Shown here: positions 30,513 to 40,617 of the stretch, piece by piece
How positions within the stretch are numbered: the first letter of the stretch is position 1
How the letters are laid out: each line of letters begins with the position of its first letter
Virus record (IMG/VR): IMGVR_UViG_3300027679_000006
Coordinates: 1-57,058 of that record
Source: a virus
Taxonomy: Duplodnaviria > Caudoviricetes
Reading direction: 5' to 3' (one strand)
DNA: 57,058 bases
Notes under the pieces: generated by a model
The model's database searches: none
What the model was told of the DNA's origin: nothing
Seen by the model: only the letters and a program-made list of their open reading frames with translations
Made by a program: the position numbers and the translations under genes

Positions 30513-31423
30513 CGGACATTTACCACGACATAGTCGTCCAGTATGGCGGCCGCAGTCCCTGGGATACCACCAAATCGCACCCCAGGCTCCGGCATGTGAC
30601 GCTTCATGCTCATTGATCCGACGGTTAGTTCGCTTAGCGCCCCAAGGCCCTGCTTGTCCAGTGAATCCTCAGCAATCAAATGCGCAGTGATAATCGCCGT
30701 TGCGTCCTTGACGTCCTCTGGAACCTCCGAGTAGCCGCTGACGTAGGTCAAAACTGCTACCGGCTCAATAAGCCCAAGGTTCACCAGCACGGGGAATAGG
30801 GAGTACGTAACGGTCGCAAGGCTAGTAACCTCAAAGTAGTTCCTGTCCTTATTTACAAAGATGTCGTTGACGGTGAATGCCGCACTCTGCTGCGCGCTAA
30901 CATTTACGTTCAGCGACACAATTGAAACGATAGGTCGACGATACGGGTAGACCCTTCTCGTTGCTTGACTCCACTTGTGCTTCTCTGTGTCTTGTCGCAA
31001 CTGAAAAGATTGCTGGGTGTAAGAGTCGACGAGACTGCTGGCAACCTTTAGGAAGCGCTCCAACTTTCGGTCGCCCATGTCTGAGCCATCAGCGTTAGTT
31101 AGGACGCCCATCTCGTATTCCCGGAACTGATCAACGGTGATGTAGCCCTGCTCTTGGCCCCTGAATGGCGTTGACCACGAGCCTCCGCTGCTCCCCGTGG
31201 AGTTGGATGGTCGCCAGGTGTGCCATTGCCCCACGGCAGCGGCGCTGTCGAAATAGTCATAGGCGGAAACAAGTGCCGTCAGGGTAATTACAGCACCAAG
31301 GTCAACAAAGGAGCCGGTTCGGCTTGTCGCCTCGGCTGAGGTTGCCGCTCGTCCCAACTGAATGTGGGTATACGAAGCGATAGTCGCTGTGATGCTTGGA
31401 ACGGGTACTGTTACTTTAATCAT
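30509..31423 (-). CDS. head-tail adaptor/connector with N-terminal extension
   Basis: YITVDQFR...ASSLVDSYT...TYVSGY..VPEDVKDA motifs. Confidence 0.75.
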   Translation of the reverse strand: MIKVTVPVPSITATIASYTHIQLGRAATSAEATSRTGSFVDLGAVITLTALVSAYDYFDSAAAVGQWHTWRPSNSTGSSGGSWSTPFRGQEQGYITVDQFREYEMGVLTNADGSDMGDRKLERFLKVASSLVDSYTQQSFQLRQDTEKHKWSQATRRVYPYRRPIVSIVSLNVNVSAQQSAAFTVNDIFVNKDRNYFEVTSLATVTYSLFPVLVNLGLIEPVAVLTYVSGYSEVPEDVKDATAIITAHLIAEDSLDKQGLGALSELTVGSMSMKRHMPEPGVRFGGIPGTAAAILDDYVVVNVR

Positions 31424-31431
31424 GGGTAAAT

Positions 31432-31440
31432 ACTATGCCA
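31432..31440 (-). promoter_or_regulatory. extended -10 promoter TGGCATAGT, probably leaderless for the adaptor gene
   Basis: Same -10 as the cassette motif; ATG 8 nt downstream; no SD. Confidence 0.5.
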
Positions 31441-31506
31441 AATAGGACACCACGTCCATCCGGCTAGTGCCTGCGATGAACGTGGTGTGACTAGTTTTGA
31501 GGCTGT

Positions 31507-31842
31507 TTAGCGGTTCTCGTCCGAGAACACGCGGTCGACATCTCCACGGTCCTGCTTGATCTCACGAGCGCCCATGTCAATAAGTTCCTGGAGGTGCTTA
31601 CCGAGAACATTGCACTCGTCATTAACAAACTGGTACGTTCGGCCGTCCGAAAGCGCAACTGATGCGTCGCCGATCGGCATGTGAATTCGGTAGATCTTCT
31701 TTGGGAGAATCTGCTCCTTTGCAGCCTTTGCAATCACGCGGGAAGCAAGTGCGGCACCGGCCTCTTCAGGCTGCTGCTCCGGCCTTCGTGTCGGGTCAAT
31801 GTACCGACCATTTTCGTCAATCAACTTGTCACTCATAAACAC
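31507..31842 (-). CDS. hypothetical protein (head module)
   Basis: ORF after capsid gene with AAGGAG SD. Confidence 0.6.
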   Translation of the reverse strand: MFMSDKLIDENGRYIDPTRRPEQQPEEAGAALASRVIAKAAKEQILPKKIYRIHMPIGDASVALSDGRTYQFVNDECNVLGKHLQELIDMGAREIKQDRGDVDRVFSDENR

Positions 31843-31854
31843 TCCTTACAAATT

Positions 31855-31887
31855 AAAAGGGGCCGGGCCTAAGCCCGGCCCCTTTTA
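31855..31887 (-). terminator. intrinsic terminator after major capsid gene
   Basis: AAAAGGGGCCGGGC-CTAA-GCCCGGCCCCTTTT hairpin with T tracts on both sides. Confidence 0.8.
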
Positions 31888-31909
31888 CTAGAACTGCGCT
31901 AAAACGCTA

Positions 31910-33148
31910 TTACGCGAGTGTGACGCGGATCTTGCCGTTGAACTGTGGTCCCTTGTTGGCCAAGCCGTACATGCAGAACTGAATGTACAAGCGGGTCAAG
32001 GCACCAGCAACACCGACTGGAATCTCAAGGGTGGTAATCGCGTCGTTCCCAAGGAACGGCATCGACCAAACATCCTCGTCGATTACGTACATGTCGCGGT
32101 AGTTTACCGAAGACACGGTGTACGAACCGATTCCGTCGCCAGGGATTGCAAGGAGCGGCAACGAGCCGGCTGGCGTGGCAACATTGCCAAGACCAAGACC
32201 TGCGTCAACGCTTCCAGCGCCTGGGTAACGGACCTGTGTGAGCAACTCGTTCGTGTAGGCAGCGTAATCCGTTGGGCTCAAAACGATGGCCGAAGGATTA
32301 CCGCCGTTGTTCAGGATGCCAGCAACGGTCTCGTTGATAGCAGCCGTATACGACGAGGAGCCCTTGCCGGTGATCACGTTGCCTGCGGAGGCAGCGGATC
32401 CCAACAACTTGCGCAGACCGTCGAAGCCGTTCACGTCCCACGCGCCCAACTCCGTTGCGGCACCGGCGCTTGCGGAAGTCGAGGCATTTCCCTGAAGGAT
32501 CTGCTTCTGCAACTTCTTGGCAATTGCCGTTACTCCGCCTGACAACTCGGTTGCGAGGCCGTGATTACCGGCCGCGCCACCCTGCTGAATGGCGAACTGT
32601 GACTTGAGAGAAATACCACGGCGGGTAGCAAGTACCGCGACGTTGGTGGTCTGGCGAGCGTAGACGTTTACGTCATCCGTCACCGTTCCCAACTCCGTCT
32701 GGAACACTGCGTCACCGAACGAGGTCTGCTGATTGTAGGCGTGCACCAAGCCGTTTGCAGGCTCCTTGCGCAGGCGCTCAAACAGCGGGAATCGCTTTAC
32801 GAACAGGGCGTAGAGCATTGGCTCCAAGTCCTGGCGAATAAGTGCAGCACCGCCGCTCGCATCAAGCAACTTAGCGATCTGTGGGTTGGCAACTGCCAAG
32901 GTGTTAAGCACCTCGGACGAAGCCTGCTTACCATTCTCGCGGGAAGCCTGAATGTCGAGCATCTCGGTGATCTCGGCGGTGCCCATCTGCTTGAATCGCT
33001 TGCGCAACTCGCGCTGAAGAGCAGCACCCTCTGCTGCGTCATATGTCTTTGCAGTCGAATCGGTATCCTTACCGATTACCGCAGGGGTGTGGGAAAGAGC
33101 CTCAAGGCCCTTCTCCAGATCCTGCAACTTTTCGTTAATCTCACTCAT
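31910..33148 (-). CDS. major capsid protein
   Basis: 412 aa; downstream of protease/scaffold; ALIRQDLE and GFDGL motifs; AAGGA SD; followed by terminator. Confidence 0.85.
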   Translation of the reverse strand: MSEINEKLQDLEKGLEALSHTPAVIGKDTDSTAKTYDAAEGAALQRELRKRFKQMGTAEITEMLDIQASRENGKQASSEVLNTLAVANPQIAKLLDASGGAALIRQDLEPMLYALFVKRFPLFERLRKEPANGLVHAYNQQTSFGDAVFQTELGTVTDDVNVYARQTTNVAVLATRRGISLKSQFAIQQGGAAGNHGLATELSGGVTAIAKKLQKQILQGNASTSASAGAATELGAWDVNGFDGLRKLLGSAASAGNVITGKGSSSYTAAINETVAGILNNGGNPSAIVLSPTDYAAYTNELLTQVRYPGAGSVDAGLGLGNVATPAGSLPLLAIPGDGIGSYTVSSVNYRDMYVIDEDVWSMPFLGNDAITTLEIPVGVAGALTRLYIQFCMYGLANKGPQFNGKIRVTLA

Positions 33149-33164
33149 GATTTATTTCCTTCTT

Positions 33165-34799
33165 TCAGTCCTGCGCTTCGAGAACGCGCTGGATATATGG
33201 ATGCAGCCATGTAGCGTCGCTATGTCGCTGCTCCGTAGCCTTGCTAATCAATTTGCGCCCAACCGGTTCGGCCGACAAGCGGTCGATAACCTTCATGGCG
33301 CTCTCCAAATCCTTCTCAACCTTGGCCTTCGCGGCAGCGAGTTCGGTGATCTCCTTGCGGAGAGTCTCCACCTCCTGCTGAGCCGTCTTGGCTGCATCGA
33401 GTGCTGACTTGGCGACCTCAACGATCTTACCGATATCGTCCGCGTCGGAAGACTTCTCGGCATCGTTCAGGTCTACAATGGGCTCAACGCCCTGGTCTTC
33501 GGGGGCCGGTTCGGCGACTGGCTCCTCGATAACCGCATCAATAGGCGCAGCCTCTGCAGGGGCAGCCTCAACGGCAACCTCTTCTGCAACTGGCTCCGCA
33601 GCAACTGGCTCTGCAACTGGATCCTCGGTCACACCCTGGAGGGGCGCACCAGTCTCTAGCGCAAGGCGGTTGCTAGTTGCCGAAGCAAGAACCTCTGCAA
33701 GAACCTCGGCAACATCAGCCTCTGAGACCTCTCGGTACTCATCAACTGCCGCGTGGGCTTCTGCGTGGATCTCTTCGGCTACTGGCTCAACGGCTGGCTC
33801 AACAGCCACCGCTGGCTCGGCCTCAGGGGCGACCTCTGGGGTCTCCTCTGCAACCTGTGGGGCAATCTCTTCAGTCATGTTTTTCTCCAATTCAGCAGAG
33901 GTTGAATCCTCTGTCTTATTCTCTTCGTCGGCCTGCTGGCCTTCGACTTCATCAACCTTTGCGACTACATCGTCAAAAGACTTTGTTGCGCGCAATGTCG
34001 ACATCTTGTGACCAACGATTCGGTCGGTTGGCTTTTCCCCATCATAAATCCTGATCAATACTGCTGGGTCATTTTCCTCAGCATTGATAGAGATTGAAGA
34101 ATCTGGAACATTGACGCTTCCCTCGCGGACGATCTTCGTGATCTTTCCACGGGCTGCGCCGCCACTAGAACCCCAGGTGACCATATCGCCAACATGGAAT
34201 TCGCCGTGCGCCTTTACTGCGTCGTCAAGGTCGTGGATTATGGCGTGCTCTACTTCGCTCTCTCCTGGCTTTGAGCGCAGGCTCTTGACTGCGTTGTGCA
34301 GGTACGAGCGCTGGTTTGCCGGGATACCGACAACACTCGCCTCAAGAAGGCGAACCTTGTTGATGACGTAGGTGTCGATGCCGCTCTTCTCGTCGCGCTT
34401 CTTGTCAGCGTTCTCGACGCGGGCACCAATAGAGAGGCCCAACTTGACGCCGCGCTTAATGGCGCGATAGGCCTGCATTGCCTGGGGATTCTCATCCTCT
34501 GGGCAAACCTTTACGTCGATATCAAGGTCATAGACCTCTTCGCCGGTCTCTTCATCCATGCGCTTAACGATGCGGGCATCGGTCGCAGAGCCGAAAAGGT
34601 CTTCAGGAACGTTGTAGTTGTGGTTAAGGAAGACGGTCATATTCTGCTTGGCAGTGTCCTCCATGCTCTTCAACGCGGACATTGCCATGGCGTCGCCATG
34701 AAGGTCGCGGATAGTCGAGGAGGTAGTTCCGGATACGTAGCGGTCGCCGCTCTCTGTCTCATAAGCCTTAAGAGTTCCGGTAAAAAGTTTAAAGTCCAC
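33165..34799 (-). CDS. HK97-type prohead protease fused to Tudor-like (DUF2945-like) domain and acidic scaffold
   Basis: RDLHGD, FLNH, GLSIG, LLEASVVGIPAN protease motifs; FHVGDMVTW...GKI; E/A/P-rich C-terminus; GTG 34799 has SD (ORF open to 34841). Confidence 0.85.
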   Translation of the reverse strand: MDFKLFTGTLKAYETESGDRYVSGTTSSTIRDLHGDAMAMSALKSMEDTAKQNMTVFLNHNYNVPEDLFGSATDARIVKRMDEETGEEVYDLDIDVKVCPEDENPQAMQAYRAIKRGVKLGLSIGARVENADKKRDEKSGIDTYVINKVRLLEASVVGIPANQRSYLHNAVKSLRSKPGESEVEHAIIHDLDDAVKAHGEFHVGDMVTWGSSGGAARGKITKIVREGSVNVPDSSISINAEENDPAVLIRIYDGEKPTDRIVGHKMSTLRATKSFDDVVAKVDEVEGQQADEENKTEDSTSAELEKNMTEEIAPQVAEETPEVAPEAEPAVAVEPAVEPVAEEIHAEAHAAVDEYREVSEADVAEVLAEVLASATSNRLALETGAPLQGVTEDPVAEPVAAEPVAEEVAVEAAPAEAAPIDAVIEEPVAEPAPEDQGVEPIVDLNDAEKSSDADDIGKIVEVAKSALDAAKTAQQEVETLRKEITELAAAKAKVEKDLESAMKVIDRLSAEPVGRKLISKATEQRHSDATWLHPYIQRVLEAQD

Positions 34800-35026
34800 A
34801 GTAATCCCCCCGGGCTGCTTCGGCGACTCTAAGGGTCGCATCTACGTAAGTATCATCATCCCGTCAACCCGTAGTTGACTTGGCGGTTCGCCAACAAGGC
34901 GTCCCTGCGAAGATCATACACTCATATTGGGGCATATTACAACATCTTTCAAATATGCGGGGCTGCGTTCCACGTGAAACATCTCCAGAATATCCCATAA
35001 TCTTGCAATACTGCTACAATATGCCC

Positions 35027-35422
35027 ATGAACGAACCTATATGCCCACTGTGCACAGAGATTAACCATACGGAAAACGAACTGCGTGAGATTACGCTGGC
35101 CATTAAGCGACTCCAGAAACAGGCTGCCCCCATCTTCAAGGAGTACATGGCGAACCGCTCCGCCCACCCCAAGTGTGCAAATTGCACGATTTTGACCGGC
35201 AAGCATCACCTGGAAAAGAACATCGTCCCAGAGCCCATGGTGCCCCGGGCAAAAGGGCAACGGCGCTATTTAGTCTGCGACGCCTGCTATATTGACCTGC
35301 ACAAGGCAAAAATGAGCGTTCCCCAGCGGAAGAAGTACAGCCTTGAAGTCAGCGCAATGATCGACCAGGAGATTGCCGACGAGGAGAGCGAATCAATCGA
35401 GGGGTCGACAGAAGAGGAGTAG
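35027..35422 (+). CDS. Cys-rich hypothetical protein
   Basis: CPLC, CANC, CDAC; TGcTACAAT extended -10 at 35012-35020 implies leaderless start. Confidence 0.6.
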   Translation: MNEPICPLCTEINHTENELREITLAIKRLQKQAAPIFKEYMANRSAHPKCANCTILTGKHHLEKNIVPEPMVPRAKGQRRYLVCDACYIDLHKAKMSVPQRKKYSLEVSAMIDQEIADEESESIEGSTEEE

Positions 35423-35424
35423 CC

Positions 35425-35649
35425 ATGGGCTACGATATTCAGGGGACGGTTGAGGTAAAGTTCACAGACGGAAACTTTGTTGTGCCACAGTGGTGGACAA
35501 GGTACCCTTGCATGCGTGCGGTAACATACGAAGATGGCAAACCAGTCGTTATGCGAACGCTTGCCGAAACAAGAGATTTGATTAATCAGGACATGCTGAA
35601 TGGTGTCTGGCAAGACGCTTTACGGCGACACCGAAGGGGAACTAGATAG
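35425..35649 (+). CDS. hypothetical protein
   Basis: GAGGAG SD; tightly packed before portal. Confidence 0.6.
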   Translation: MGYDIQGTVEVKFTDGNFVVPQWWTRYPCMRAVTYEDGKPVVMRTLAETRDLINQDMLNGVWQDALRRHRRGTR

Positions 35650-37854
35650 ATGGCAGACGAACGCCCCAGCCTTCTGGATCGACTACTTGGTCGAACCGAG
35701 CAGGTGGTTACTGCGCCCAAATCCGAAATCGGAATAATCCCGGACTGGGAGAACAGCCCCTACGCCCGTGCCGCAGTCGGGCAGGGCGGCGTAATGAAGC
35801 GCAGCGTTGCACAGTTGCGACGCTGGTCCAGAAACAACCCATGGCTTCGCGCGGCGATTAACCTTCGCCGCCAGCAGGTAAGCCGTGCCCGTTGGGACAT
35901 TGTGGATCTTGACGGTAACTCAACGCCAAACCAGAAGATTGTTGACGAGTTGCGGTACATGTTCCGCCACCCAAACTCACGCGGTGATTCATTCCGTTCG
36001 TTTATTGAGCCGGTAGTTGAAGACCTGCTCGTCCTCGATCAGGGGTGCATTGAAGTCGAGTTGACGCGCGGCTCGCGCGCGGGGTCAACCGGCTCCAAGA
36101 AGATTGCCAACCTGTGGCCAAAAGACGCAGGCTTTATTGCGTTCGACCAGGACTGGGACGGCACAAAGAAGAATGACCCTCGCTATTTCGAACTGGATGC
36201 GACTGGCAAGATTGTTGCCGAGTACCGCAATGATGAAATGGTTGTCTTGATTCACAACCCGGTAACGTATTCCCCACTTGGCCTCTCGCCACTAGAGGTT
36301 CTTGCTGAAACCATTGAGGCTGACCTTGCTGCGGCTGCCTATAACTCAAAGTCCGTCATGCAGGCAGCGCCTCCGGGGATCATTGACCTCGGTGAAGGCA
36401 TTCGCCCCGACCAGGTTGACCAGTTCAAAGCATATTGGGAAGCAGAAATCGGCGGCAAGAGCATGGTTGCAATTGTTGGCGGCGGCAAGGGCGTTAAGTG
36501 GACACCGCTTGGCGCGTCAAACCGCGACATGCAGTTTATGGAGTGGCAGATTTATCTGGCGCGGAAGATTTGTGCGGTGTTTGGCGTTCAGCCACAAGAC
36601 ATCGGCATCTCGTTTGACGTAAACCGATCAAGCGCAGAGGTTGGCGCAGCATTTACCGCCGACAACGGCATTGCACCATTGCTCGACCTTATTGCTGAGT
36701 ACCTGACCCGAGAAATCATTTGGCGCTTTGATGAGACCCTTCGATTTGCCTACACCGATGTTGGCCGAGCAAGCCAGGCCGTTATCGCCGAGTACTACAA
36801 GGCTGCACTTGGCGGCCTTCCGTGGCTCCGGATCAATGACGCGCTTAAGGAGCGCGGTCAGGACGGCATCGGCGAGTACGGTGACGAGATTTGGGTAATG
36901 TCGCCAAAGGGCTACATGCCAATGTCCCTTTATATTGAATATCTTGAGCAAACATTGCTTGGCGAGAAGCCAGACGAAGAGCCCGAGGGCGAGGGTCCAG
37001 ACGAAGACGGGCCAGATGAAGATGGCGGCGGCGAAGAAGAGCCGTCCCCAGAGGACGCAACGGACCCAGAGACGATGCGCCCAGAAAATCCACAGATGGG
37101 ACCGAACCAACAGCCAGCAGACCAGAAGGCCGCTGGTAAGCCTGTAATCACGTGCGACATTGATGGGACGCTAACAACGCCAAGCGGTCCAATCGAAAAC
37201 ACTGTTGATTTCTTGCTTGACCAGGCGGATGAGTTTGCAATCTACATTCTTACCGCACGAAGCGAGAGTAAGCGCGGTGAGACAGAGGCAATGCTGAGCA
37301 AGTTTGATGTTCCATACGAGCGACTCATTATGAACGACACAGACGAGTCGCAGCCCGTGTTTAAGAAGCGCGTAATGAAAGAGTTGATGGCAAATAACGA
37401 CATTGCTTTTGCGATTGAGAACGACGAGGCAGTTCTTGCCGAGTATCGAAAACTTGGCGTGAAGACAATGACTCCGGCCCAGGTTCCCGATGACGAAGAG
37501 GAGACTGAAAAGGGTTTGCTTAAGTCAGTTAACCTGACTGTCCCCAATAGCGTCAAGGTTGAGGCCGCTCGCGGGCTTGTCTGGCGCAAGCAGTATGGTC
37601 GCGGCGGCATTGGTCCGGGCCAGCGAACTGCGCGAATGCTTATCGGCAATAGGATGACAATTGCTCGCGTCAAGAAGATGGGCGCCTATCTTGCTCGCCA
37701 TGAAGTGGACAAGAAGGGTGAAGGATTTAGCCCTGGGGAGCCAGGCTATCCATCAGCGGGTCGAATTGCCTGGGCCCTATGGGGCGGTGATGCAGGCAAG
37801 TCCTGGACTGCTAAGGTAATGCGGTCGGTAGAGGCAGAAGAGCGCAAGGACTGA
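35650..37854 (+). CDS. portal protein (HK97 family) fused to HAD phosphatase and a C-terminal domain
   Basis: GLSPLE, DMQFME...ICAVFGV.P..IG, INDA.KERG portal motifs; then CDIDGTL...LTAR...K...IEND. Confidence 0.85.
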   Translation: MADERPSLLDRLLGRTEQVVTAPKSEIGIIPDWENSPYARAAVGQGGVMKRSVAQLRRWSRNNPWLRAAINLRRQQVSRARWDIVDLDGNSTPNQKIVDELRYMFRHPNSRGDSFRSFIEPVVEDLLVLDQGCIEVELTRGSRAGSTGSKKIANLWPKDAGFIAFDQDWDGTKKNDPRYFELDATGKIVAEYRNDEMVVLIHNPVTYSPLGLSPLEVLAETIEADLAAAAYNSKSVMQAAPPGIIDLGEGIRPDQVDQFKAYWEAEIGGKSMVAIVGGGKGVKWTPLGASNRDMQFMEWQIYLARKICAVFGVQPQDIGISFDVNRSSAEVGAAFTADNGIAPLLDLIAEYLTREIIWRFDETLRFAYTDVGRASQAVIAEYYKAALGGLPWLRINDALKERGQDGIGEYGDEIWVMSPKGYMPMSLYIEYLEQTLLGEKPDEEPEGEGPDEDGPDEDGGGEEEPSPEDATDPETMRPENPQMGPNQQPADQKAAGKPVITCDIDGTLTTPSGPIENTVDFLLDQADEFAIYILTARSESKRGETEAMLSKFDVPYERLIMNDTDESQPVFKKRVMKELMANNDIAFAIENDEAVLAEYRKLGVKTMTPAQVPDDEEETEKGLLKSVNLTVPNSVKVEAARGLVWRKQYGRGGIGPGQRTARMLIGNRMTIARVKKMGAYLARHEVDKKGEGFSPGEPGYPSAGRIAWALWGGDAGKSWTAKVMRSVEAEERKD

Positions 37855-37895
37855 CCCAAAGCCTGCACTGGCTATGAGGTTAAAGAGGAGAAGAC

Positions 37896-38240
37896 ATGAC
37901 GCAGGAATCCGAAGAGGAAAAGATTAAGAAGGTTCTTGTTAGCCTTGGGTACAGCCCCGATGGCATGACAGAAGCGGAGATGGAAGAGTTCTTTCAGCCG
38001 CGCGTCACAATCGCTCGCAACCCAGGCGATTGGCCGAGCGCACTAGAGGAAGAGATTTATGTTCGTGCTGGGCTTGGCTTCTACGAAAAGGACAGCCGCT
38101 TTAGTTTTACCTACGCACAGTCACCGGAACTAAAAGATTCCTCGGCATATAGCGAACTGCAAAACCGGGGACTAATCAGCGATCGTGGCCTGCCAAGAAA
38201 CCCTAGAACTGGCCTTGAGTTAGACGGAAAAACCCGTTGA
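37896..38240 (+). CDS. hypothetical protein
   Basis: GAGGAG SD; 114 aa. Confidence 0.6.
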   Translation: MTQESEEEKIKKVLVSLGYSPDGMTEAEMEEFFQPRVTIARNPGDWPSALEEEIYVRAGLGFYEKDSRFSFTYAQSPELKDSSAYSELQNRGLISDRGLPRNPRTGLELDGKTR

Positions 38241-38342
38241 GCAAGCAGGAGATGTACCACAAGCAGCCTTGCTTTTGCCTTCCGTGTAAAATGATTCGTG
38301 TCGATGAGGCACCAATTAGTAAGACCGAAAAGAAGGTAAAGC

Positions 38343-38633
38343 GTGTTAAGAAATCCGTTTCGAAGAAACAAGCCGGAAGTTGATGCTCCCGCCGAAGAGG
38401 CGGTTGAGGCAGGCTCCGAAGAAACAGCAAAATTAACGGTTGATGTGCTTTTGATGCAAACTTCTGGAGAACTAAACAAACTGGGCGTAATGTATGCCGT
38501 TGCCAGCATTGCAACGGGCGACCAGCAGGCAGTCCTTGCACTGCGCTCCGCATCGCTCCGCCTAGAGAAACTTTCTCGTCAGTTTGAAATGAGCGCCCGT
38601 CTACTTTCCAGCGGGCAGATTGACGAAGATTAA
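38343..38633 (+). CDS. hypothetical protein
   Basis: 96-aa ORF in plus-strand operon. Confidence 0.55.
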   Translation: MLRNPFRRNKPEVDAPAEEAVEAGSEETAKLTVDVLLMQTSGELNKLGVMYAVASIATGDQQAVLALRSASLRLEKLSRQFEMSARLLSSGQIDED

Positions 38634-38638
38634 GTAAT

Positions 38639-38932
38639 ATGTCTCACAAAGACCCAGTCACCCCTGAACTGCGCTACGCCGTACTCCGTCGGGATAATGG
38701 CTGCGTTGGGCCCAGGGTTGGCATGCCGGAGGAGTGCGGGAGCCAGTTCGGCACTGGCGGACGTATCATTTTGGAGATAGATCATGTAAACTCTGCTGGG
38801 TTTGGGAAGCGTGGCCCTAGCACCGAGCAGAATTGCCTTGTGCTGTGCGGTTGGCACCATCGAATGAAGACGGAATCCTCAAAGCGCTGGCGTCCGTTAT
38901 TGAATGATTATTTGGAGAACTACAATGGCTAG
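38639..38932 (+). CDS. HNH endonuclease
   Basis: VLRRD..C...LEIDHV...N...LC.WHH..KT. Confidence 0.85.
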   Translation: MSHKDPVTPELRYAVLRRDNGCVGPRVGMPEECGSQFGTGGRIILEIDHVNSAGFGKRGPSTEQNCLVLCGWHHRMKTESSKRWRPLLNDYLENYNG

Positions 38933-39119
38933 ATTTGCAGAAGAGTTGTCGAGACTAAACGCTATATGCCAGTGGGCTCAGTGCCCTAACCGCGTGCGTA
39001 TCAACGACAAGACGGCAGCCATCAAGAACCTTGGCCCAGTCCTCCAGTTGGGCGCCATGCAACTGCATGTTTCGTGCGCAGAAGCCCGAAATCGCACGGG
39101 CGAACCATATCGCTCTTGA
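38925..39119 (+). CDS. small Cys/His-containing protein
   Basis: GGAG SD; CQWAQC...H.SC. Confidence 0.5.
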   Translation: MARFAEELSRLNAICQWAQCPNRVRINDKTAAIKNLGPVLQLGAMQLHVSCAEARNRTGEPYRS

Positions 39120-39152
39120 CGATACGGTCGTGGTACCTCATACTCACCGCCT

Positions 39153-39464
39153 ATGGAGAACAGTGAGGTCAAACAGTCGGGTTTTCGGTGCCGCGACTGC
39201 GGCGGCCCAACATCAACCGAAACCACTATTCGATGCTGGGATTGCGCATTGAAAAGCAAGAAGTCGAACTGGCACAGTGCGGCCTTGATTCGCGCAAAAG
39301 ACATCATGGCTAAGCGAGATGCTGGGATGACTATGGTAGAAATTGCAGCAACGCTAGGCGTATCTCGACAGCGCGTATATCAAATGGTTGAAATTGCTGG
39401 TTTGAAGGCGCGCCGAGACACTCGTGGCGGCTGGAGAGGGGGAAAGAAAAATGACAATGGTTGA
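39153..39464 (+). CDS. zinc-ribbon plus HTH DNA-binding protein
   Basis: CRDC, CWDC; MTMVEIAATLGVSRQRVYQ (sigma-70 region 4-like HTH). Confidence 0.75.
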   Translation: MENSEVKQSGFRCRDCGGPTSTETTIRCWDCALKSKKSNWHSAALIRAKDIMAKRDAGMTMVEIAATLGVSRQRVYQMVEIAGLKARRDTRGGWRGGKKNDNG

Positions 39465-39747
39465 TGACATTTCTCAGGACGAGGAGATTGCTTGGCTTCT
39501 GCGCGGACGATTCCTTGCAGATGCGATCCTTGAAAGGATTAAGTCCCCAAGGTCGCATCTTGAAACAGAAACGCTGCAGTCGGCTAGATCTTTGGTTGAA
39601 AGCGCCGTGGACGCAGAAATTCACGGAGACCAACTTGCCGGTGCAGATCCAAGGTGCCGGCAACTGATTAGCGAGGGGGCGTTCCTTGCTTACAATGAAT
39701 GGGCAACAAAAGACATGGTATTTAGTGAGGAAACACAAAGTGAGTAA
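39451..39747 (+). CDS. hypothetical protein
   Basis: ORF overlapping neighbours in operon. Confidence 0.5.
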   Translation: MTMVDDISQDEEIAWLLRGRFLADAILERIKSPRSHLETETLQSARSLVESAVDAEIHGDQLAGADPRCRQLISEGAFLAYNEWATKDMVFSEETQSE

Positions 39748-40000
39748 GCAGAGCGGTTTAGACAACGTCAAGAAGCGCCAGGTTCAGCGAGAAACTACCC
39801 AAAAGGTGTGGGCTATCATTGCCGCTTCTGGCGTAAAGCGCAGATGGGTTGCGAAGCATCTGGGTATTTCATACGGGTATTTGAATCAGGTTCAGTACGG
39901 GCAGAGCCCAATGACTGATTCGCTTCGCAAGAAGTTGAGTACCTACTTGGGGCGACCCGAGTCGGAATTGTTTGTAGAGATTGAAGAGGAGGCAGAGTAA
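39740..40000 (+). CDS. XRE/Cro-like HTH protein
   Basis: VAKHLGISYGYLNQVQYG...LS.YLG....ELF. Confidence 0.75.
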   Translation: MSKQSGLDNVKKRQVQRETTQKVWAIIAASGVKRRWVAKHLGISYGYLNQVQYGQSPMTDSLRKKLSTYLGRPESELFVEIEEEAE

Positions 40001-40617
40001 TGGCATTCGATAAGAGCGCACTAAAGGATTACGTTGATGTCGCGGAGCGCATTCGCGCATGGTATGACGCATACCCAAACGGTCGCATTGAGACCCGCAT
40101 CGTCGAGCACAACGAGAAGCGCGTGGTCATTGAGGCTCGCGCTTACCGTGGCGTGAAGGGCGACAACGCCCCAGACGATGAACTTGGTTTTATGGACGAC
40201 CGACCCGCTGGTGTTGGCCACAGCGCCATGCAGATTCCAGGGGCAACGCCATACACCCGTGGTTCGGAGATTGAGAACTGCGAGACGTCAGCAGTTGGTC
40301 GAGCGCTCGTGATGGCAGGACTTCCGTCTAAGCGTGTCGCGTCAGACGACGAGATTCGCGCGAAGCGAGAGGACTCCCCACGAGAGACCGACTCTGATGG
40401 CGTGATCAAGGAAACGAAGACCAAGAAGGTTGCAGCAAAGCCAACTGAGCAGGAGCAGGTTGCCGCTGACGAGTGGTCGTCAACGATTGCAAGCGCGACT
40501 TCGGTTGATGAACTGAGCAAGATTGGTCTCGACATTAGCAAGACGTCGCTTGGCGTTGATGCGCGCAAGTATCTTGCGGATGTCTACAAAGCAAAGCGTG
40601 AGGCGCTTACCCAGTGA
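40000..40617 (+). CDS. single-strand annealing recombinase (Rad52/Sak-like)
   Basis: YVDVAERI..W...YPNGRI and ENCETSAVGRAL motifs; adjacent to exonuclease. Confidence 0.7.
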   Translation: MAFDKSALKDYVDVAERIRAWYDAYPNGRIETRIVEHNEKRVVIEARAYRGVKGDNAPDDELGFMDDRPAGVGHSAMQIPGATPYTRGSEIENCETSAVGRALVMAGLPSKRVASDDEIRAKREDSPRETDSDGVIKETKTKKVAAKPTEQEQVAADEWSSTIASATSVDELSKIGLDISKTSLGVDARKYLADVYKAKREALTQ

